Part shown: one piece after another, positions 39,582-48,337 of the stretch
How the letters are laid out: the number at the start of each line of letters is the position of its first letter
Numbering within the stretch: the stretch's first letter is position 1
Notes under the pieces: generated by a model
Seen by the model: only the letters and a program-made list of their open reading frames with translations
Databases searched by the model: none
Told to the model about the DNA's origin: nothing
Source of the DNA: Oligoflexia bacterium
GTDB lineage: Bacteria; Bdellovibrionota; UBA1018
NCBI GenBank assembly: GCA_963758495.1
Contig: CAVWVI010000003.1
Location: 1,280,001-1,344,000 of the forward strand
DNA length: 64,000 nucleotides
Direction of reading: 5' to 3'
Program-made: the position numbers and the translations under genes

Positions 39582-40073
39582 TTAGGGATATGTGATTGAG
39601 GTTGTGATGGTACCTGTGTACGTTTGATTAACCATGTTACTTGCAATAGCTGGTCTCGTCGCACCTATGTGAAAGGTGAGATGGCCCGTGTTGTCCAATG
39701 AATTGGTTGTAGCCCCTGACAACCCTACATCGGATGTCGTGCTAGCAAGAACCAACGTAGTAGTACCATCAGTACCGGTCAATGTATACGTATCAGGAAA
39801 CGTGACCGTGACAGCATGACTTGGCTCACCTATTGCGATAAATTCAGCAGATGCTGCATCCGACGGATTCACTGTAAAAGCAGATGCCCCTTGAGCAACA
39901 TCTGCAAATGACATGTCTCTGTCCGAAGTCATCGTTAAGGCAGCGAGGACTCTTTGCGAAGCATTAGCAGACGCGTTCGCAGAACTATTACCAGCAGGAA
40001 CAGCATAACTATTCGCTGATGATAGTGACAATACAATTCCTGATACAACTAAAATTCTACATACGTTCTTCAT
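39582..40073 (-). CDS. DUF4402-like pilin/fimbrial subunit
   Basis: Signal peptide; A.A...V...L......MSF, FHIGAT, YTGTI...ITY C-terminal beta-zipper pattern. Confidence 0.7.
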   Translation of the reverse strand: MKNVCRILVVSGIVLSLSSANSYAVPAGNSSANASANASQRVLAALTMTSDRDMSFADVAQGASAFTVNPSDAASAEFIAIGEPSHAVTVTFPDTYTLTGTDGTTTLVLASTTSDVGLSGATTNSLDNTGHLTFHIGATRPAIASNMVNQTYTGTITTSITYP

Positions 40074-40353
40074 ATTATAATTACTCCTGGGTTTAGTTTA
40101 TAACTCGTGATCAATCAGGATAAGACACCTCTCTTGTCATCATCACTAATCAACCCTGCTCATTTTTATTAATGAGCACTTATTCAGACTAATCGATGTA
40201 TTTTTAAATAGTAATTGTGTCCAAATGCACACGCCTTCATCTAACAGCGATAAAGCATGAATTCGAATACTTAGCAAAACTCAATAGAATTACTGTAGAA
40301 TCACTCAACCTAACAAACAGCACTTAAAAAGGGCCCTTTCTTTTGCTTTTCCT

Positions 40354-42975
40354 TTAACGGACAGTAAACTCATGTCCGGATTCTACTGTTCCTTCGGGTG
40401 GAATCAGAATACTTTGCTCTGCCGGTGCCACGACTTGTAAACCCAGCTTCTGCAATTGCTTAGATGAGAGTCTTAGAATATATTTTCCGGGTCTGATATC
40501 AGGCATAGAGAAAATACCATCCGTGCCAGATTTTACCTGGCTTACGATTTCGCCTTTTAAATTAATAAGTTCAACTTCTACTCCTCTTCTACCACTCGCT
40601 TGCGCTTTTCCATTTTGCTTCCATACAATCCCCTCAATCAGTCCAGTATAAATAACAGGAAAATCAAAATGAGTAACTATTCCTGGACGAGGAATGACTT
40701 TCAAGCCTTTTAGAGAGGATTTTAAAAAGGGGTCGTCAAAAGCATCTTCTGCAATTGTAAATTCTACCGGTTGATAGGGTGGAAGCTGAGGCAGAAATAA
40801 AGCACCTTTTTCATCTGTAAAGCCTGCTGTATTATTATTCTTCAGAATTTTAACTTTCGGCATAGGCTTATCTGTTGAATCAAATTGACCACTTAAGTTT
40901 TGATCAATAAAGGTACTCACAGAAACCGCTCCAAAATCTGCCATTGGCCTAGAATCCAAGTGCCAGTTTTCTTTATGCGGGTCTCTTGCTAAATTCAGGG
41001 TCAGTAAAAAATTGATGGAATTCTGTCCGTTACTTGCCCAAACAAGATTTGTACTCAACTTGACGTTCTGAAAGTCTCTCGTCAAAGTACCTGAAGCATC
41101 GTAATCATTTGTAGCAAGAAGCTGTCGAGTGGTAAGACCCAGAACATAGAGATCCTTATGGAAGGGAAGCTGAAGCTGCTCACTCAAAGTCTGGATACCC
41201 GTAAATCCGTATTGAATATCAAATTTAAGATACTTCCCAAAAAAAGAGTATTTCAGCTCCAATGTTCCTTGGTAACTGGATGTTGGAAAACCATTAGAAG
41301 CTTGATAATCATATTCCGCTTGATGCTGAAGAGAATAACTATTGAACTGACTCGATAGCTGGCTCTTGAACGCGTAATCTATTACTCCATTGAGGTGCAA
41401 ATCTCTCGTCAAATCCAGATTAATAGAGATCGAAGGCAATGTGGGAATCACAAAACCAAGCAGCCCTTCGAGTCTTTCAGTCAATTGCTCGTTATTTACA
41501 TTAAACGCTTCACTGGAGAAGTTATTGAGTAGCGTATAAGTCACACCTAGATTTACCCTATTCAAAGGAATCTGGGTATTGAGTTGAAAGCCTGTTCCAC
41601 CCTTACTATTATCATAGGCAGATACAGCACTCAAAAGAAGACGATCGACATATCCCGTTAATTTTAAATACGCATAAGAATCCGATGTACGATTCCCTTG
41701 AGTTGAGAGTTGATCGAGTGCTACTGCGGCAGTCATGTTTTTAAATATACTTTTCTCATATTGAAGGAGATATCCGATATTAGAATCCTTAGATTGCACA
41801 AGGGCTACTCGATAATCTTGCGTTCCAGGACGAATCAGAGAGGAGTCCACTTTATAAATTTGGTACTCATCTCGAAGCTGCCCTTGTGGACCATAAAAAC
41901 TCAAACGAAAGCGATTGATTCCATACTGGAGAGGAATACTAGTAAAGGTATAACGTAATGTTGAATCCGAACTTTGCTGCGCAATCAAGGTGTCATTTCG
42001 GTATAATTCTACTTGCCACCCAGGTGGGAGATCCCCCTGAAAATCTTGCTGTGAATATTTAGTGGGTGCGAGGAGTGGATAAGAAGAGGCATAGACCCCT
42101 GTTGTGAGCTTTGAAACACTAATTAAATCTAATGCAGGTAAAACAACATTAAAGAACTGATACTCATCCGCATGAAGCGGTCCTAATAGTTCACTATCCG
42201 GATCCTTCTTAGAAAAAGTCAACCGCCATGTTTCTATATTATAAGTTTCGGTAGAACCATAAAGAACGGAAGTCACGTCCACTCCTAATAATTGTCCAGC
42301 TACTTTGGTATTTGAGGCACCCACTTGTAAAGCTTTCGAGCCTTCATAAGTCAGCTGTTCATCTAAAAAAAAGCCATCTGCCACAACTGAGCGATTGGGA
42401 ACTAAAGGGTAGCCATGGTCTACTAACTCGCCCCCTTGTCCTATAAAGGCCCCTCGACGCAATCTATCTCTCCTGAGTTGAAACGGTAATTCTTCACGAG
42501 TGGTAAACACGATAGTAGACGTAGGCGAATTCACTGTGAATTTGATAGGGAACCATTGCTGAATTAAATTACTATTCACATAAATGTCGTCGTTATAGAC
42601 CACCACTTGGGAGCAATCAAATTTTTCAGTGGTCCCATCATGTTCTACTTTGCACTCGCTTAAGTTCAGATTAAATTTTCGTTTTTCAGAAATGACAAAG
42701 CCATTAGCCACCCCTAAGGTGGCAGAAACCTCTACTGCAATATCTAATTTTTCACATAAATCGCCCAAGGGCATTAACCACTGAAGATTGGGTAAAGGAT
42801 AAATCACAAAAGCTTCGCTCAGGACGGTCCGATCCCATGCTTGCAATTCCATAATTCGTTCCGTCATGGGATTGATATCAATACGAGCTTCCACCGAAAG
42901 CGAAAAGAGGAAAAGGGGCATTATGGAGGAAAAACACCGGAAAGCAAGGTTAAGAAAAGATTCTCTTGGCTTCAA
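40354..42975 (-). CDS. Atypical outer-membrane usher-like protein
   Basis: 873 aa with signal peptide; GWQVELYRND..G.N...L.FYGPQGQ plug-like motif; beta-rich barrel; C-terminal F.D.N..G..D and carboxypeptidase-regulatory-like domains. Confidence 0.7.
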   Translation of the reverse strand: MKPRESFLNLAFRCFSSIMPLFLFSLSVEARIDINPMTERIMELQAWDRTVLSEAFVIYPLPNLQWLMPLGDLCEKLDIAVEVSATLGVANGFVISEKRKFNLNLSECKVEHDGTTEKFDCSQVVVYNDDIYVNSNLIQQWFPIKFTVNSPTSTIVFTTREELPFQLRRDRLRRGAFIGQGGELVDHGYPLVPNRSVVADGFFLDEQLTYEGSKALQVGASNTKVAGQLLGVDVTSVLYGSTETYNIETWRLTFSKKDPDSELLGPLHADEYQFFNVVLPALDLISVSKLTTGVYASSYPLLAPTKYSQQDFQGDLPPGWQVELYRNDTLIAQQSSDSTLRYTFTSIPLQYGINRFRLSFYGPQGQLRDEYQIYKVDSSLIRPGTQDYRVALVQSKDSNIGYLLQYEKSIFKNMTAAVALDQLSTQGNRTSDSYAYLKLTGYVDRLLLSAVSAYDNSKGGTGFQLNTQIPLNRVNLGVTYTLLNNFSSEAFNVNNEQLTERLEGLLGFVIPTLPSISINLDLTRDLHLNGVIDYAFKSQLSSQFNSYSLQHQAEYDYQASNGFPTSSYQGTLELKYSFFGKYLKFDIQYGFTGIQTLSEQLQLPFHKDLYVLGLTTRQLLATNDYDASGTLTRDFQNVKLSTNLVWASNGQNSINFLLTLNLARDPHKENWHLDSRPMADFGAVSVSTFIDQNLSGQFDSTDKPMPKVKILKNNNTAGFTDEKGALFLPQLPPYQPVEFTIAEDAFDDPFLKSSLKGLKVIPRPGIVTHFDFPVIYTGLIEGIVWKQNGKAQASGRRGVEVELINLKGEIVSQVKSGTDGIFSMPDIRPGKYILRLSSKQLQKLGLQVVAPAEQSILIPPEGTVESGHEFTVR

Positions 42976-42990
42976 TGAATTAAAATTCCG

Positions 42991-43845
42991 TTATAAAATT
43001 GGAACAGTTATTTCCGCCATTTGACTTTCGCCTCCCCCTTCGCTTTCTTCTTTAGGTTCTGTATAAGTCAATCGAAGGGTTCCGTTTTTTAACTGCGTAT
43101 TTTTAGGAACCTCCAAAGGCATTCGAACTGACCGCTGATAATTATAATTGGAAATACCAATCAGTTTACCCAAAGGGATCGCTTCTTTACTCCCGAAGGG
43201 AGTAAAGAAAACATTAAACGTACCCCAGGGGTAGCCATTTCCTGAATTGGATAGATCTACTGTTATTTCTGGTTCGAGCTTCTCCGAATAAACTAACTTT
43301 AGATTTGAAAGGGAAACCTTGAATTCAATTTTACCATGTTTGACGACAATGGGAATAGCCACCGCGACTAGCGTAGTGATTGCAACTGCCACCTTTTTAC
43401 TGTCCTTTCCAGGCGTCGACGCAGCGTCAATCGGAGTATCCGCGGTGAGAGGTGCAAAATTTAAGTGAATCCTGTATTCACCCTCAGGCAGATCCTTGGG
43501 GAGATAACTGAGCACTTTGAACACCTGCAAGACCCCGGGTTGAAGGGTAATTTCTCGTGGCGAAAAATGAACTAGTTTTTCGGCGGATCGTTCCGAGGGG
43601 GCTGGGGTTTTTACCGCTTTCAACGTGCCATTAGGTAGCATACTGAAAAATACGGGTGTTATTTGATAAGTGGTGGTGGTTGTTCCAGTATGCGTCAATG
43701 TAAGTTGCGCTACACGATGTTTATCTGTTAAAACAACTCGAGTAGGAAAAACCTGAAGAGAAGCGAAGACTGACCTAGACAAAGGGGATCCTATACTCAG
43801 TAAAAGTAGGATCTGAATTCTAATGAACGCTTTTTTGTAAAACAT
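42991..43845 (-). CDS. PapD-like periplasmic pilus chaperone
   Basis: LQVFPTRVVL, FSPREITLQPG..Q, LPEGEYRIHL, IPIVV, N.GN. Confidence 0.8.
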   Translation of the reverse strand: MFYKKAFIRIQILLLLSIGSPLSRSVFASLQVFPTRVVLTDKHRVAQLTLTHTGTTTTTYQITPVFFSMLPNGTLKAVKTPAPSERSAEKLVHFSPREITLQPGVLQVFKVLSYLPKDLPEGEYRIHLNFAPLTADTPIDAASTPGKDSKKVAVAITTLVAVAIPIVVKHGKIEFKVSLSNLKLVYSEKLEPEITVDLSNSGNGYPWGTFNVFFTPFGSKEAIPLGKLIGISNYNYQRSVRMPLEVPKNTQLKNGTLRLTYTEPKEESEGGGESQMAEITVPIL

Positions 43846-44211
43846 GAAAACTCCTCCTGACTTGATCTCTCCTCAGCTTTCCCTGCTGAGCAATTTTTAC
43901 TTCTTCATTTGATACAAACAGTAAGACAAATCTTACATATATTTTTAATACTTTCATGTATTTTAAATACATTTTCTTTTAACCAAATCATTAGATCTGT
44001 ACTATTTTTAATAAGATATTATCCGTCACATTTTTGACAGTGACTTTAGACTGGCGCGTCAATTAAGACGTGCTAGATATTACATCTAGTATTTTGATGT
44101 TTTAATATTTATCATTATACACAATACACACACGCTATAGATCATGTGTTCACGAACGAGAACTACAGCCGCTGAAATTAAATAAAAATTAAGAACAAAA
44201 AAAGGACCGCT

Positions 44212-45585
44212 ATGAAACAGCCAAGGTTATCAAGGGCAAAATATTTTTTTCAACTGATTTTATTCACTGCCTTGAGTCATTCAAGTTCAGTCGCATACGC
44301 TGCAACTGCCGCCCAGATTATTTTTAGCACTCAACCAGGAGGAGGAGCTGCAGGATCTCCTTGGAAAACCCAACCCACGGTCACACTAAAGGATGCTCAT
44401 GGAAATACGATGACCGCAGACTACAGCACGAGGGTTACACTCTCTCTGAGTTCAGGATCAGGCGCCCTCAATGGACAGGTGACCAAAACGGTTACAAAAG
44501 GTGTGGTCGCTTTTTCTGGTTTAAGCATGGGTCTAAGTGGCTCAAAAAAACTCACGGCGACTTCTGGATTATTGACGGCAACGAGTCATTCTTTTTCGAT
44601 TAACCCTGGCTCGGCTTTTGAATTACATTTCACTACCCAACCTGGAACAGCTACTGCGGGATCTGCTTTGAGTACTCAACCTAGTATTGGGATCATGGAT
44701 AGCTATGGCAATACTGTGACTTCTGATTCCGCTACCCAGATTACACTTCTTCTAAACACCGGCAGTACAGGAACTCTCAATGGAACAACAGTACGAACAG
44801 TTTCTTCTGGTGTAGCGACTTTTTCGAAGCTGAGTATAGATTTGGCGGGTTCAAAATCTCTGTTAGCAAAATCTTCAAATTCCAGTTTAGGTTTCAGTAG
44901 TTCTAAAGTCTTTCAAATCACAACAAACCCATCTGCGATGCTTGCGTTTACAACCCAGCCACCTACCGGGCAAAGACCTGCAACTGTATGGACGACTTCC
45001 CCCGTAATTGCGATACAGGATGACAAAGGTAATACCATCACTTCTGATTCTACTACTCAGGTCACCCTTTCTCTCAGTTCTGGCCCAGGTACCCTCGGTG
45101 GAACCCTGATTCAGACCGCCTCCTCTGGCTTAGCCACGTTCCCTAACTTAAGCATCAATCAAGTTGGAATAAAACAGCTCACTGCCTCTTCCGGAAAATT
45201 AACTTCCGCATTAAGTAATTACTTCTCGATCGCAGAAGAAACCATAAGTGCTTCTACTTCAACTGTCAGTGCAAGTTCCAACTCCATCGTTGCCAATGGA
45301 ACAGAGACTGATACCATTACAGTCACTTTATTGAGTGCTCATCATAATCCGATCGTTGGACATACTGTCACTCTTTCATCAAGCCGAGGCTCCCTAGATA
45401 CCATTTCGACTCCGTCTGGAGTCAGCGACTCCAATGGAGTCGTTAGCTTCACAGTAAGCTCCTCCACCAAAAGCACAAGCCCGGTCACGTTTACCGCAAC
45501 AGACACTACCGCTTTAGTCCGACTCACTTCAGTTGCTCAAGTGAACTTTACACCCGAAGCTGGGATAAGGGTCACTCTCAATTGA
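44212..45585 (+). CDS. Secreted Ser/Thr-rich protein with three Ig-like repeats and an invasin Big_1-like domain
   Basis: Three repeats of F(S/T)TQP...QP...D..GN..T.D..T.VTL...G.L.G...GVA.F..LS; then S.V.AS...I.ANG...TITVTL, SD.NG...FTV.S. Confidence 0.75.
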   Translation: MKQPRLSRAKYFFQLILFTALSHSSSVAYAATAAQIIFSTQPGGGAAGSPWKTQPTVTLKDAHGNTMTADYSTRVTLSLSSGSGALNGQVTKTVTKGVVAFSGLSMGLSGSKKLTATSGLLTATSHSFSINPGSAFELHFTTQPGTATAGSALSTQPSIGIMDSYGNTVTSDSATQITLLLNTGSTGTLNGTTVRTVSSGVATFSKLSIDLAGSKSLLAKSSNSSLGFSSSKVFQITTNPSAMLAFTTQPPTGQRPATVWTTSPVIAIQDDKGNTITSDSTTQVTLSLSSGPGTLGGTLIQTASSGLATFPNLSINQVGIKQLTASSGKLTSALSNYFSIAEETISASTSTVSASSNSIVANGTETDTITVTLLSAHHNPIVGHTVTLSSSRGSLDTISTPSGVSDSNGVVSFTVSSSTKSTSPVTFTATDTTALVRLTSVAQVNFTPEAGIRVTLN

Positions 45586-45599
45586 CGCATTTGACAGAC

Positions 45600-45626
45600 G
45601 CATATGAATCATGCATACTCATATGC
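45600..45626. promoter_or_regulatory. Palindromic operator upstream of vapB
   Basis: GCATATGA-n11-TCATATGC immediately before ATG 45627. Confidence 0.5.
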
Positions 45627-45821
45627 ATGAGAACGACTCTTAATTTAAAAGAAAACCTACTTAAAAAAGCTCAAGAAATGACGGGCATTCATGAAAAGAC
45701 TGCCCTGATTCATCGCGGATTAGAACTTTTAGTTCAGAAAGAAGCTGCTAAAAGGCTAATTCAATTGGGCGGCTCAGATCCAGATGCAAAGGTTCCACTG
45801 AGAAAGAAGCGCCTCCTTTGA
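45627..45821 (+). CDS. vapB: VapB antitoxin
   Basis: MRTTLNL.E.LL.KAQE.TGI.EKTALI..GL...LGGSDP. Confidence 0.85.
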   Translation: MRTTLNLKENLLKKAQEMTGIHEKTALIHRGLELLVQKEAAKRLIQLGGSDPDAKVPLRKKRLL

Positions 45822-46180
45822 ATATCATTGTGGACACGTCAGTTTGGATTGATCATCTGAAAAAACCCATAAAAGAACTTTCCGCCTATTTGGAAGAAGA
45901 AAGAGTCCTTTCACATTCTTGGATTATCGGAGAACTCGCTACCGGACAAATACGCAATCGTAATACTTTTATTGGAAATTTAAAATTACTCCCTCGTGCT
46001 AAAGAAGCGACCGTAGAAGAATTGTTAGATATCATTGAGGAGAAAGATCTTTACGGACAAGGATTGAGTCTTACAGATATACAAATTTTGGTGTCAGCTC
46101 TCCTATCAGATGCAGGGATTTTCACTCGTGATCGAGCGATGATCTCGATATCAAAAACTCTCAGAATCAAAGCTTACTGA
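45818..46180 (+). CDS. vapC: VapC PIN-domain toxin
   Basis: IVDTSVWIDH, IGELA.G, D..IL, TRD. Confidence 0.88.
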   Translation: MNIIVDTSVWIDHLKKPIKELSAYLEEERVLSHSWIIGELATGQIRNRNTFIGNLKLLPRAKEATVEELLDIIEEKDLYGQGLSLTDIQILVSALLSDAGIFTRDRAMISISKTLRIKAY

Positions 46181-48189
46181 GAGTGATCGTGAACAGTTTT
46201 TCGAATCACTTCTAGGTCTGAATCAGGTTCATTCAGCTCTAAGTACTTTTTCCAATTCACAACCATCCCATGAATGGCTTCCGGTTCAAATGCGGAAAGC
46301 CGGAGATACGCATTCCCTAAGTTTTTGTAGAGGGTTGCAGGGGGGAATGGGTGTCGTTCTAATAAATTTTGTAGAATTCGAACAGAAGCATTCAGCGCCT
46401 TTGGATTTTCAGTCTGTATCCCATAGGATAGAAGTTTTCGACCTCTGCGATGCTCTGCTTCCCAGTATTCGTCCCTAATCGTAAGCTCCCAGGTGGTCAA
46501 CTCAGTTTTTGGCAATGAGTTAAAATCAATGCTCGCATTGAGCTGATCTGTATCACGCAAATACTTCTCTAAATCAAATGGGACATCTTTTGGAAAATAC
46601 CAATTTACCAAGCCATACGGCCAACTATCAAAAGCTTCAACCCATTTTTGATCTTCGATCTTATCAATATTGCAGACGAAGAGAGGAAATTTTATTTTGT
46701 TCGCGCTGAGGAACTCACTCAAAGTAAAACCACCGGTCCCACTATTCACATAACGATAATAGAGGCCAGGAAACTCCACATCAGAAAAATGATCTTTGAT
46801 CTGTTCCCTCATCCAGGGGTAAGACATTAGCACACGATCTATAATCCGAACATCGGTGCGGAAATTTTCGGACTCCTGCAGATAACGAGTGGTATTTGTA
46901 TAGATATCCCCACTGGATAGAAAAAGAGCATTGGGGGGTAGTGACTTTAAAATGAATTTCCCAAAATTATAAAACAGATAGCTACGATGTTGATCTTGTG
47001 ATTGGTAATGAAAAAGGATACCCAGCAGCACCCCCCCTAAAGAAACACCGCTCATCCAAAAATGAGGCAATCTTATTTTTTTTACTAAAAATGAAAACCC
47101 AATTCCAACCCAAATAAAGATAAACAGATTCCCCAACTGCCAGAAACGCTCATAAATTCCCGTATAAAAAGATTTTTCCACTGGAAAATTTGCGAGCGCA
47201 TGAAACACAATGAGATATAAAGTAAAACAAGAAAGGGTGAGACCTACAAAACCACGCATCCGTTCAGACCGAAGTCCCTGAACTATTCCATAAATTGCAA
47301 ACATAAATCCAAAATACAAAGTCTCTTTGGGAATCTGGAAAAAATAAAAACTCAATCCTTTGAAAAGATCCGTCTTTCCTTGTCCAAAACCAATGCTTCC
47401 CAGGCTGAATGAACCGTATTCCCTTCTCAGAATATGAGTGAAAAAACCACTCCAGCTCAGGAGATCACCCCACATGATTTTTGGATGCCGTAGTGCTGCT
47501 AGGGGGAGATAAAAGTAAAATAGGAGTCCAGCACAAAAACTGAGAAGGAACCTACCGAAAGTCTTTCTTTGAAGGAGATCTGAGTGCCCAATCCAAAGAA
47601 TCCACAGGACCATCGGTCCGCCCACAAATAAAATCGTGTGGTGATTGGAAAGACCTAGACCGAAAAATAAAACAGCTAAATAGGCATACCGCCGAATATT
47701 TGTTTGAGAATACCGAAGCGCCCAATAAATCATTATCGTACAGATTAAGTGATTCAACGGAAAGACCTCTGCTTGAACAGCGTAGGTCCAAACTAACGGT
47801 GAAAAAGCAAATAATCCTCCAGCCAAAAAGCCTGCCCAAGGATTTAAAGTGAGACTTGCAACGGTGAGAAGTAAGAAAATGGCTGCTCCAGTATCACATA
47901 CCGCAGACAGTAAGTTGACTCGCCACGCCGGACTCCCATAGGGTATCCAGGTAAAAGCCTTACCCAATAATGTAAACAATGGATAGCCAGGAGGATGAGC
48001 AATTCCTAATGTATGAGCCACTGCAATCAACTCCCCACTATCCCCCCCTGAAACATTGGGATAGAGGGTCATAATATAGACGCATAAAGTAAGCGCTCCC
48101 AAAACCCACGTCAGTTTTTTGACGAGAGGTCCATTTGGGCTCTGCTCAGATCTCAGCTCAACCTTGTTTTTCTGATATGATTTTCCCAC
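46174..48189 (-). CDS. DUF2723/TMEM260-like GT-C glycosyltransferase
   Basis: GGDSGEL, LGIAHPPGYPL, AEV, GLSNHHT, multiple TM helices, GD..Y.Q..E..R.DV. Confidence 0.85.
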   Translation of the reverse strand: MGKSYQKNKVELRSEQSPNGPLVKKLTWVLGALTLCVYIMTLYPNVSGGDSGELIAVAHTLGIAHPPGYPLFTLLGKAFTWIPYGSPAWRVNLLSAVCDTGAAIFLLLTVASLTLNPWAGFLAGGLFAFSPLVWTYAVQAEVFPLNHLICTIMIYWALRYSQTNIRRYAYLAVLFFGLGLSNHHTILFVGGPMVLWILWIGHSDLLQRKTFGRFLLSFCAGLLFYFYLPLAALRHPKIMWGDLLSWSGFFTHILRREYGSFSLGSIGFGQGKTDLFKGLSFYFFQIPKETLYFGFMFAIYGIVQGLRSERMRGFVGLTLSCFTLYLIVFHALANFPVEKSFYTGIYERFWQLGNLFIFIWVGIGFSFLVKKIRLPHFWMSGVSLGGVLLGILFHYQSQDQHRSYLFYNFGKFILKSLPPNALFLSSGDIYTNTTRYLQESENFRTDVRIIDRVLMSYPWMREQIKDHFSDVEFPGLYYRYVNSGTGGFTLSEFLSANKIKFPLFVCNIDKIEDQKWVEAFDSWPYGLVNWYFPKDVPFDLEKYLRDTDQLNASIDFNSLPKTELTTWELTIRDEYWEAEHRRGRKLLSYGIQTENPKALNASVRILQNLLERHPFPPATLYKNLGNAYLRLSAFEPEAIHGMVVNWKKYLELNEPDSDLEVIRKTVHDHSQ

Positions 48190-48265
48190 TTATTTATTCT
48201 ACTTACTTATTCTATTTATTTATTCTACTTATTTGGCCTACTTATTTGGCCCACTTATTTATTTC
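48186..48265. repeat. Low-complexity ACTTATT-based tandem repeats in a divergent promoter region
   Basis: ctacttatttggc x2 and several (t)tattcta/acttattt units. Confidence 0.6.
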
Positions 48266-48337
48266 TTTATGAATGATAAGCTACTTTTCTTTTATGACAA
48301 AGTACGGATAGAATTTCTAGCCTGGGAGATTAAATTC

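Larger units (their letters stand above)
38667..40075. repeat. Tandem gene duplication (~545-bp direct repeat, period 863 bp)
   Basis: 38667-39212 is highly similar to 39530-40075, including the 3' UTR hairpin. Confidence 0.9.

Noticed and set aside
43860..44200. Several short palindromes in the divergent pilus/adhesin promoter region
   Set aside because: 6-8 bp arms in very AT-rich DNA with no shared consensus; could be operators but cannot be supported.
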